Positions 1 to 10,851 of a DNA stretch of 64,000 nt are shown here, piece by piece. Position 1 is the stretch's first letter. Every line of letters begins with the position of its first letter. Below the pieces are notes generated by a model. The model was not told where the DNA came from and searched no databases. It saw only the letters and a program-made list of their open reading frames with translations. The translations under genes were made by a program, and so were the position numbers. The DNA lies in contig NC_058368.1 in NCBI RefSeq assembly GCF_018350175.1, positions 1,674,001 through 1,738,000 of the forward strand, given 5' to 3'. This stretch comes from Felis catus. Lineage: Eukaryota.

Positions 1-990
1 GAGGTGCAGGTTTCTATGAATTTATCCATTTCTTTTAGGTTGTCCAACTCGTTGGCATATGATTTTTCATAATATTGTCTTAATCCTTTGTAGTTCTGTG
101 GTGTTGGGTTGTTATTTCTCCTTTTTTCATTTCTGAATTTGTTTGAGTACTCTTTTTTTTTTTTCCTTAGGAGTCTGGCTAAAGGTTTATCAGTTTTATT
201 GATCTTTTCAAAGAACTAGCTCCTAGTTTCATTGAACTGTTCTATTGTTTGTGTGTGTGTGTGTGTGCATTTTTTTGTTTTGTTTTTTTTTTTTTTAGTT
301 TCTATTTCATTTATTTCTGCTCTAACCTTTATTATTTCCTTTCTTCTACTGGTTTTGGGTGTTGTTTGTTGTTCTTTTTTTTGGCTCCTTTAGGTGTAAG
401 GTTAGGTTGTTTATTTGAGATTTTTCTTCAGGTAGGTCTGTATTCCTATAAACTTCCCTTTATAAACTTCTGTTGCTTCATCCCAAAAATTTTGGATCAT
501 TTTGTTTTTATTTTTATTTATCTCCCTGTAGTTTTTGATTTCCTCTTTGATTTCTTGTTTGACCTATTCACTGTTTAGTAGCATGTTATTTAACCTGCAT
601 GTATTTGTGTTCTTTCCAGATTTTTTTTCTTGTGGTTGATTTCTAATTTCATAGCACTGTGGTCAGAAAAGATGCATGGAATGACTTTGATCTTTTTGCA
701 TTTGTGGAGACCTGTTTTATGGCGTAATATGTGATCTGTTGTGGAATATGTTCCATGTCACTTGAAAAGAATGTGTGTTCTGCTGTTTTAGGATGAATAT
801 GTCTGTTAAGTCCATCTGGTCCAGTGTGTCATTCAAAGCCATTGTTTCCTTGTTGATTTTCTGTTTAGATGATCTGTCTGTTGATGTAATTACTATCAAT
901 TATTTCTTTTTTATGTTTGTTATTAACTGTTTTATGTATTTGGGTACTTCTACGTTGGGTGCCTAAATATTTACAATTGTTATATCTTCT

Positions 991-1213
991 TTTTTTTTTA
1001 ATTTTTTTGTAATGTTTATTTATTTTTGAGACAGAGAGAGACAGAACATGAATGAGGGAGGGTCAGAGAGAGAGGGAGGCACAGAATCTGAAGCAGGCCC
1101 CAGGCTCTGAGCTGTCAGCACAGAGCCTGACACGGGGCTCGAACTCACCGACCATGAGATCATGACCTGAGCCGAAGTCGGTCGCTTAACCGACTGAGCC
1201 ACCCAGGAGCCCC
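991..1213 (-). mobile_element. Can-SINE (feline type) in L1
   Basis: tRNA-like head, CT tract and A tail. Perfect TSD tacaattgttatatcttct (972-990 / 1214-1232). Confidence 0.93.
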
Positions 1214-1394
1214 TACAATTGTTATATCTTCTTATTGGATTGTCCCCTTATTGATTATTTAGTGTACTTGTTTGTGTTATGTTACAATCTTTGTTTTAAA
1301 ATCTGTTTTGTCCGATATAAATAGTATTGCTATCCCGGCTTTCTTTTCACATCTATTTGAGTGGTAAATGCTTCTTCTCTATCTCTTCACTTTC

Positions 1395-2019
1395 TTTTTT
1401 TTTTTTCTTTTCAGGTTTTGAAACTTTTTATTTGCATATTTAAAAAATTGTGCATTCCAGTAATTAAAATCATTTGAGCAAAAAAAAATGGCACTCTGAT
1501 TAAACTACATTTTACAGCCTGCAGGATTCCTTGGGCCAGATTGATTTATGCCCTAGATTTCACTGTTGTTTTACACAGCTTCTTCCTTACCAGAATGCAA
1601 ACTCTTTTCCTTCCCTGCTAGCCAGATAGACAGATGGGAGAGGCAGGCATGGCCTTCATTGTCAGTAGTTCTCTTCTTTGATATGGAAAAAGGCAACACA
1701 GTCATTTAAACTTGATCCCACCTCTTTGTATTTTACAAAGTTAAACAGCTAAAAGAAGTAAAATAAGAAGGCAGTGCTTGTGGAATGCACAGTGCAGATT
1801 GGTGGTGCATGCCTCATGATTCACCTGCTAGCGTCTCCTGTTTAGCTGTTTCTTTTGAAGGCTGTGGAGTTTTCTCTTGCGTTTATCTTCTTCAATTTTG
1901 ACTTATTGAATTTCTCAATCTCAGTCATACTGGGTTTGTCAGACATGGTTGCAGAGAGGCTGAGCAAGGTGCACGAACGAGCAAAGTCCAGTCTCCACAG
2001 TGGCTGCCACTGAGTGTGC
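1395..2019 (-). pseudogene. TMSB4X: Processed pseudogene (retrocopy) of thymosin beta-4, full-length mRNA copy with a 2-bp frameshift
   Basis: ATG at 1946 gives MSDKPSMTEIEKFNKSKLKK. After a 2-nt deletion the shifted frame reads TQEKTPQPSKETAKQETLAGES* (stop 1814-1816). Recognisable 5' UTR and 3' UTR with AATAAA. Poly(A) appears as the T-run at about 1395-1411. No introns. TSD atctcttcactttc (1381-1394) / atcccttcgctttc (2020-2033). Confidence 0.93.
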
Positions 2020-2447
2020 ATCCCTTCGCTTTCAATCCACATGTGTCTTTAGGTCTGAAATGAGGCTCTTTCTAGGCAGTGTGGGTCTGGGATCCGTGTA
2101 ATGTCCAGGTGGGTCTTGTTTTCTCATTCACTCCATCACACATTGTCTTTTGATTGGAGTGTTTAGCCTATTTACATTCAAAGTAATTATTGATACATAC
2201 GTATTTATTGCCATTTTGTTACATGTTTTATGGTTGTTTTTACAGTTTTTCTCCATTCCTTTCTTCTCTTGCTCTCTTCTTTCATGATTACTTGGCTTTC
2301 TTTAGTCATATACTTGGACTGCTTCTCTTTATTTTCTGTATATCTGTTAGTAGTTTTGACTTGTGGTTACCATTAGGTATGTATATAACTTCTTGTTCAT
2401 ATGGCAGTCTGTATTAAGTTGATGGTCACTTAAATTTGAACCCATTC

Positions 2448-2666
2448 TTTTTTTTTTAAGTTTATTTACTTATTTGGAGAAGGGGAGAGAGAAAGAGAGT
2501 GCAAGCCAAGGAGGGGCAGAGAACGAGGGAGAGAGAGAGAATCCAAAGCAGGCTCCATGCTGTCAGTGCAGAGTCTCATGTGGGGCTTAATCTCATGAAT
2601 TGTGAGATCATGACCTAAGCTAAGATCAAGAGTTGGATGCTTAACCGACTGAGCCATCCAGGCTCA
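2448..2666 (-). mobile_element. Can-SINE
   Basis: Typical body. TSD gaacccatt. Confidence 0.9.
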
Positions 2667-3714
2667 GAACCCATTATTTACTCTTCTCCTCTCTACATTT
2701 TAGGTATATGGTGGCATGCTTTACGTCCCTTTATTTTGTGAATCCCTTGAGTGATATTTACAGAGAACTTGTTTTTATTGCTTTTTTGATTCCTACTTTT
2801 CTTATTCTTGCTTATGGTCTTTTCACTCAAAGAGTCCCCTTTAACATTTCTGGGAAACTCTTTATCTCTCCTTCTATTCTGAATGATAGCCTTGCTAGGT
2901 CTAGTGTTCTTGTCTGCCCATTTTTTCCTTTGAGCACTTTGGATATATCATGCTACTCCCTTCTGGCCTGCTAAGTTTCTGTTGAAAATTCTGCTGACAG
3001 CCTTATGGGCTTTCCCTTGTAGGTGACTGACTGCTTTTCTCTTGCTGCTTTTAAATTTTTTCCTTTCTCACTATTTTTTGCCATTTTAATTACTATGTGT
3101 CTTGGCGTGGAACTTCTTTGGTTATATTTTGTTGGGGGATCTGGATTTCTGTTTCCTTCTCCAGATTCAGGAAGTTTTCAACTATTTCTTCAAATACATT
3201 TTCTGTCCCCTTTGCTTTCTCTTGTCTTTCTGGGATCCCTGTCATGTCATGTTATTATATTTGATGGTATCACTGAATTGCCTAAGTCTGTTCTTCTTTT
3301 GCATAAATTTTTTTCCTCATCTGCTCAGCTTGATTACTTTCACTTACTCCATCCTTTAGGGTCAGTGATTGGTTCTTCTGCCTCGTCTAGCCTACTATTT
3401 ATACTATCTAATGTATTCTTAATTTCATTTATTGTATTCTTCATTTCTGATTGATTCTTTTATGTCTCATCATTAGGGGTCTCACTTATGTCCTCCACTC
3501 TTCTGTCAAGTCCAGTGAGTATCTTTATGATCATTACTTTAAATTCTCTATCAGGCATATTATTTACCTCTGTTTCACTTAGGTCTCTTGCTGTGATATT
3601 TCTCCTGTTCTTTTGTTTGGGACATACTCCTCTGTCTCCTCGGTTTGTCTCTCTGTGTCTGTTTCAGTGTGTGAGAAAAGTCAGGCTGTCCCCTGTTCTT
3701 TAGAGCATTGGCCT

Positions 3715-3923
3715 TATTTTTTTTATGTTTATTTATTTATTTTGAGAGAAAGAGAGAGAGCAGGGGAGAGGAAGAGAGAGCGAGGGAAAGAGAGAATCTC
3801 AAGCAGGCTCCGCGCTGTCGGCACAGAGCCTGATGCAGGGATCAGTCTCACAAACTGTGAGATCATGACCTAAGCCAAAATCAAGAGTCAGATACTGAAC
3901 CTGTTGAGCCACCCAGGCACCCC
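3715..3923 (-). mobile_element. Can-SINE
   Basis: Typical body. Degenerate TSD tagagcattggcct / tagagtactggtct. Confidence 0.9.
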
Positions 3924-4280
3924 TAGAGTACTGGTCTCGTAAAGAAGCCCTGCCATGCAGTGTTCCCTGTTTACGACACCCTGGTGCTTCAGAGAACGTC
4001 TCCTGTGTGTGATGCGTGTGCCCTGCCGTGTGGCTGAGCCCCTTTCTCCTTCGGTCCAGTCGTCTGCAGTGGCTCCCTTTGCCTTTGTGGTGTGGTGGGC
4101 CAGTCTGGAGAGGCCTTGGGCTCCAGTCGAGGCAGAACAAGCATTTGCCAGAGATGCAGTAGCACCAAACTGCAGGACGCTTTCCCTGTGTTGTCCCCTG
4201 AGAAGCTTTCACCGGTTCGCAGGGCCTGCAGTTGGACCAGTTGTCTGCCGCCAGCCCACGGCCGGGACCTCCATCTGACT

Positions 4281-4281
<1 letters not shown>

Positions 4282-4311
<30 letters not shown>
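4282..4311. repeat. (GT)n microsatellite
   Basis: Perfect dinucleotide run of about 15 units. Confidence 0.95.
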
Positions 4312-4313
<2 letters not shown>

Positions 4314-5585
4314 TTATTTTTCCCAGTCTCCGGGGCAGAAGTCACCTTGGAGTGGTGCTGGCCGCTGTAGGGGCTGCTTGCACACTACCAGGCCTGCGGC
4401 ACCATCCGGTATGGGCTCTGGCCAAGAGTGTGCTGGAGAGGGCGGATCTGCTGAAGCACGGCAGAGGGCAGAGGGGCTGGCATGCGGGCAAGCTTTGGGT
4501 GCCATGGGTCACCTGGGGGAGGGGCCCCGCAGCATCCAGACCAAGGCGGGCTGTCGAAAGGGGTACACTGGCAGAAGCACAATGTGTAGGGTTAGAGGCA
4601 GCGGTGTGAGCAAGTCCCGTGGGTGGATGTGTGTTTATGTTGGGCCAGTGGAGGGAAATGGTGCTGCCAGTTCCTTTATTCCTGGAGGAGGGTTGACCTG
4701 GGGCTGGGATGGTCTGGAGGCTTGGGGCTAGTAGCTAGCCCGGTGCTGAGGTGGCTTGAAAGCTTGAGGACACAGTAGTCATCCTGTGTCTAGGCCCAGT
4801 CATACTATCTCTGGGTTTACAGGTGCTGATTGGAAGCACTGGGCCAAAGTTGCTGCCTGGGAGCTGGCGGACGCTGGGATGTGCCAGGAGCCTGGGTTCT
4901 TGGGAGCTGGCTGGGGAGCTGGCTGGGAACCTGGCGCCGTGGAGGTTGCCTGGAACCACCGGGGCCTACTGGTGCCCACTGGGCCAGGGACTGAGGTTTG
5001 CAGGAGCCACTTGTAGCCACTAGAGCCGACAGGCACTGGGGCAAGCGGGCCACCGGGTTTCACAGGCACTACCAAGGAGCCACCTAAGGATGTAGAATCC
5101 CACAGGCACCAGGGTGGGCAGCGGCCTGGAGTCGCAGGAGACTGCCAGAGCCATTAAGGGCAATGAGAGTCACTCTGGTGCCGGGGCAGGCTGGACTGGA
5201 GGCTGTGGTGAAGTCAGACACTTACTTTACTCAACTTCTCTCACAGAAAGGCTCCCTTTCTCCATGCTGAGCTGTCTGGGCTCAAAGGAGAGGTAAAGAG
5301 GGTGTGTGAATCTATCTATCCTATCTTTTCATATAGCTCACCTCCACCCAGGTGGTGTAATCCCTCACCTAGAATCCTTAGCTCTTGTGGAAGTATTTTC
5401 ATGCATGGATAGGTCTTAAAATTGATATTTCTGGGAGGATACAGGCGCTAGAAATTCCTATACCACCATTTTGCTGACATCGATCCTCCAGTAGAAAACT
5501 AATATAAGTGTTAGTTTTTGCCAACAAACATAGTGTTCATAATACACTTGTTATAACACATGGGTATTTTAAAGACTCCGTTTAT

Positions 5586-5810
5586 GGGGCGCCTGGGTGG
5601 CGCAGTCGGTTAAGCGTCCGACTTCAGCCAGGTCACGATCTCGCGGTCCGTGAGTTCGAGCCCCGCGTCAGGCTCTGGGCTGATGGCTCGGAGCCTGGAG
5701 CCTGTTTCCGGTTCTGTGTCTCCCTCTCTCTCTGCCCCTCCCCCGTTCATGCTGTCTCTCTCTGTCCCAAAAATAAATAAAAAAACGTTGAAAAAAAAAT
5801 TAAAAAAAAA
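5586..5810 (+). mobile_element. Young SINEC_Fc-type SINE
   Basis: CpG-intact ggggcgcctgggtggcgcagtcggttaagcgtccgacttcagccaggtcacg. Perfect TSD aaagactccgtttat. Confidence 0.95.
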
Positions 5811-7194
5811 AAAGACTCCGTTTATAACCTAAAATGTATTAAGTCCTATTTCTTTATGTGTTAACTAGGTAGGCGTTCATTTCCCTAGATAGAACTTGGC
5901 AGTTGAAAAAAAAAAATTTACCAAAGCTCAGGTTACATGAAAGCCCATGTTTCTAGTAACTTTGAAGAAAGATGTAAAGCTTACATCATATTTTTCAGAA
6001 ACTTTACTCTATATGTGTTTGTGGACATGGGTGCATATAGTGTACATTTTATGTGGCTATACACATATGGAACCCATGTGCATATCTGTCTCTCCACCTA
6101 TCTGCTTATCTGTCTATATTTGTAAATGCAGGGCTGTGCTGTTTACAGTCAACATCAGAGCCTTTGCCGGGGGTTACAAGATGTTTCATACGTAGGAAAA
6201 CATTCCATAATGGTTCTTTGTGGGTGTCATACTTCCTCCGTGTCTGCTTTCCTCAAATGTCTTGTTCTTTGTAAAAAACTAAAGAAGAGGCTTTTTAAGA
6301 TATAAATAACATCTGCTCAATGTCTGGATAATTTTTAGGACTTGAAATTAACATAAAGAAACATTTAAACTAAGCTATCGGATTTCTGTTCCACTTGAAT
6401 AATATTTATATTATATCATCAAGACAGAACTCAGTATAGAGTCTTCTGTTTCACCTTAGACCTAGACCCATTAGACCAGTTCCTTGTATTTTATGTTAAA
6501 TCATTCAGTAAAAGGGAACCAGTTTTGAAATTTAAAGACTATTATTTTTCTATTCATTCAGACCTAGCTTTTTGAGGCTGATTTACATTAAAGACTTTTT
6601 AAAATGATATTAATGTGGCTATTTAAAAAAAAGGCACCTGAGTGGCTCTTTCGGTTGAGCGTCTGACTCATGATTTCAGCTCAGGTCGCTATCCCACAGT
6701 TGTGGGATTGAGCCCCATGTCAGTCTCCAAACTGAGCATGGAACCTGCTTAAGACTCTCTCTCTCGATGAAGAGATTCCCAGACAAACAAAAATGAAAGG
6801 AGTGTGTGATCACTACACCAGCCCTTCAAGAAATTTTAAGGGGGACTATTTGGAGAAAAAACAAAACGAAACAAAAAAGGACGAAAGCAACAAAGACTAG
6901 AAAGGATCAGAGAACATCACCAGAAACTCCAACTCTATAGGCAACACTATGGCACTAAATTCATATTTTTCAGTAATCACTCTAAATGTAAATGGACTAA
7001 ATGCTCCAATCAAAAGACATAGGGTATCAGAATGGATTAAAAAAAAAAAAAGGGCCATCTATATGCTGCCTACAAGAGACTCATTTTAGACACCTGGAAG
7101 ATTGAAAGTAAGGGGATGGAGAACCATTTATCATGTTAATGGACATCAAAAGAAAGTTGGAGTAGCCATACTTCTATCAGACAAACTAGATTTT

Positions 7195-7384
7195 AATGTT
7201 TATTTATTTATGAGAGAGACAGAGAGCAAGTGGGGAAGGTCAGAGAGAGGGGGGGGACAGAGGATCCAAAGTGGGCTCTGCACTGACAGCAGCGAGCCCG
7301 ATGCAGGGCTCGAACTCAGAAACTGTGAGATCATGACTTGAGCCGAAGTTGGATGCTCAAATAACCGAGCCACCTCAGCGCCCC
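7195..7384 (-). mobile_element. Can-SINE inserted in L1 ORF2
   Basis: TSD cagacaaactagatttt / cagacaaactggatttt. Confidence 0.92.
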
Positions 7385-10300
7385 CAGACAAACTGGATTT
7401 TAAAACAAAGACTGTAACAAGAGGTGAAGAAGGGCATTATATCATATATCATAACTAAGGGGTCTATCCACCAGTAAGATCTAACAGTCGTAAATATTTA
7501 TGCCCCCAACAAAGGAACACCCAAACATATAAGTCCATTAATCACAAACATAAACTCATTGATAATAATACCATAATAGTAGGGGACTTTAACACTCCAC
7601 TTATAGCAATGGACAGATCACCTAAGCAGAAAACCAACAAGGAAACACTGGCTTTGAATGACACTGGACCGGATGGACTTAACAGGTTACATTAAGAATA
7701 TTTCATCCCAAAGCATCAGAATACACATTCTTGTCAAGTGTACATGGAACATTCTCCAGAATAGATCACATGCTGTGGCACAAATCAGCCCTCAGCAAGT
7801 ACAAAAGATTGAGATCATCCCTTGCATATTTTCAGACTATAACACTATGAAACTTCTATAGAAATCAATCACAAGAAAAAAATTGGAAAGACCAAAAATA
7901 CTTTGAGATTAAAGAACATTTTACTAAAGAAAGAATGGGTTAACCAAGAAATTAAAGAGGAAGTGAAAAAGTACATGGAAGCCAGTGAAAATGAAAACAT
8001 GACAGTCCAAAACCTCTGGGATGTAGCAAAGGCAGTCATAAGAGGGAAGTATATAGCAATCCAGGCCTTCCTAAAGAAGGAAGAAATGTCTCAAATACAC
8101 AACCTAATCTTAACACCCAGAGGAGCTGGAAAATGGAAATATAACAGCAAATAAAGCCCCAAAACAGCAGTAGAAGGGAAATAATAAAGATTGGAGCAGA
8201 AACCAATGATATTAAACAAAACAAAACAGCAGAACAGATCAACGAAACCAGGATCTGGATCTTTGAAAGAATTAACAAAATTGATAAACCCCTAGCCAGA
8301 TTTATTAAAAAGAAAAAGGAAAGGACCATAATAAATAAAATCATGAATGAAAGCAGAGACATCACAACCAACACTGTAGAAATACAAACAATAATAAGAG
8401 AATATTATGAACAATTATATACCAACAAATTGAGCAATCTGGAAGAAACGGAAAAATTCCTAGAAACATAAACTACCAAAACTGAATCAGGAAGAAATAG
8501 AAAATTTGAACAGAGCTATAACCAGTGAAGAAATTGAATTAGTAATCAAAAATCTCCCAGCAAACAGGAGTCCAGGGCCAGATGGCTTTCCAGGGAATTC
8601 TACCAAACATTTAAAGAAGACTTAACACCTATTCTTTTGAAGCTGTTCCAGAAAATAGAAATGGAAGGAAAACATCCAAACTCATTCAAGGCCAGCATTA
8701 CCTTGATTCCAAAACCAAAGTCCCCACTAAAGAGGAAAACCACAGACCAATCTCCGTGATGAACATGGATGCAAAAATTCTCAACAAGATACTAGGAAAC
8801 CGAATCCAACAAATACATTTAAAGAATTATTCATCATGATCAAGTGGGATTTATTCCTGGGCTGCAGGGTTTGTTCAATATCCACAAATCAATGTGATAT
8901 ATCACATTAATAAAAGAAAGGGTAAGAATCATATGATCCTCTTGATAGATGCAGAAAAAGCATTTAACAAAATATAGCATCTTTTCTTGATAGAAACCCT
9001 CAAGAAAGTAGGCATAGAAAGAACATACCTCAACATCCTAAAGGCCGTATACAAAAGACCAACAGCTAATATCATCCTCAAGGGGAAAACTGAGAGCTTT
9101 CCCGCTAACATTAGGAACACAACAGGGATGTCCACTCTCACCACTGTTCAACACAGTGTTGGCAGTCCTAGCCTCAGCAATCAGACAAAAAGAAAGAAAA
9201 AGCATACAGATTAGCAAGGAAAAAGTCAAACTTTCACTCTTCACAGAGTGAGAACCCTGTTTTCCTTTTGGAAAACCCAAAAGACTCCACCAAAAAACTT
9301 CTAGAACTGATACATGAATCCAGCAAAGTCGCAGGATATAAAATCAATGTACAGATATCAGTTGCATTTCTATACACCAATAATGAAGCAGCAGAAAGAG
9401 AAATCAAGGAATCGATCTCATTTACAATTGTACCAAAACCCATAAAATACCTAGGAATAAGCATAACCAAAGAGGTAAAAGGTCTGTATGCTGAAAACTA
9501 TAGAAAGCTTATATAAGAAATTAAAGAAGACATAAAGAAATGGAAAGGCATTCCATGCTCATGGATTAGAAGAACAAATACTGTTAAAATGTTGATGCTA
9601 CCCAAAGCAATCTACATATTCAGTGCAATCCCTATCAAAATAATACCAGCATTTCTCAAGAGCTAGAACAAACCATCATAAAATTTGTATGGAACCAGAA
9701 GAGACCCTGAATAGCCAAAGTAATGATGAAAAAGAAAACCAAAGCTGGAGGCATCACAATTTTGGACTTCAAGTTGTGTTACAAACCTGTAATCATCAAG
9801 AAAGTATGGTACTGGCACAAAAACAGATGCAGAGATCAATGGAACAGAATAGAGAACCCAGAAATGGACCCACACATCTATAGCCAACTAATCTTTGACA
9901 AGCAGGAAAGACTATCCAATGGAAGAAACAGTCTCTTCAGCAAATGGTGTTGGGAAAACTGGACAGAGACCTGCAGAAGAATGAATCTGGACCACTTTCT
10001 TACACCATACACAAAAATAAACTCAAAATCGATAAAAGACAAATGTGAGACAGGAAACCATCATCCTACAGGAGAAAACAGGCAACAACCTCTTTGACCT
10101 TGGCTGCAGCAATTTCTAATTAGACATATCTCTGAAGTCAAGGGAAACAAAAACAAAAATGAACTACTGGGACCTCATCAAGATAAAAAGCTTCTGCATG
10201 GTGAAGGAAACCATCAACAAAACTAAAAGGCAACCAATGGAATGGGAGAAGATATTTGCAAATGATGTATCAGATAAAGGGTTAGTATCCAAAATCTATA

Positions 10301-10808
10301 AAGAATTTATCAAACCCAAAACCCAAAAAACAAATAATCCAGTGAAAAATGGACCAAAGACATGAATGAACACTTTTCCAAAGAACACATCCAGATGGCT
10401 AACAGGTACATGAAAAGATGCTCAACATCATTCATCATCAGGTAAATACAAATTAAAAAAAAAAACTGCAATGAGATACCACCTCACACCTGTCACAATG
10501 GCTAAAATTAACAACTCGGGAAACAACAGATGTTAGCGAGGATGCGGAGAAAGGGGAACACCTTTGCACAGCTGGTGGGAATGCAAACTGGTGCAGCCAT
10601 TCTGGAAAACAATATGAAGGTTCCTCAAAACAGTTAAAAATAGAGCTAGCTTATGACCCAGCAATTGCACATTGTAGTGTTTATCTAAAGGATACAAAAA
10701 TGCTGATTGGAAGGGGCATATGGACCCCAATGTTTATGGCAGTACTATCAATAATAGCCAACCTGTGGAGAGCCCAAATGTCCATCGACTGATGAATGGA
10801 TACAGAAG

Positions 10809-10809
<1 letters not shown>

Positions 10810-10850
<41 letters not shown>
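10810..10850. repeat. (CA)n microsatellite inside L1
   Basis: Perfect run of about 20 units. Confidence 0.95.

Positions 10851-10851
<1 letters not shown>

Larger units (their letters stand above)
1..5482 (-). mobile_element. Degraded LINE-1, antisense to IFT88: 5' part of ORF2 (endonuclease), ORF1 remnant and GC-rich 5' UTR; interrupted by three SINEs and the TMSB4X retrocopy
   Basis: ORF 717..899 (-) contains DRSSKQKINKETMALNDTLDQMDLTDI (L1 EN). ORF1-like sequence at about 2830-3600. The L1 5'-end-like motif gatgtcagcaaaatggtgg lies on the minus strand near 5482. The 4690-5482 part may belong to a separate, older L1. Confidence 0.85.

Noticed and set aside
3799..5296. Many overlapping GC-rich ORFs and short internal repeats (ggagctggctggg)
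   Set aside because: Explained by stop-poor L1 5' UTR-type sequence and a GT microsatellite.
5586..5670. tRNA-like A/B boxes in SINE heads as tRNA genes
   Set aside because: They are tRNA-derived SINE heads followed by CT tracts, A tails and TSDs.
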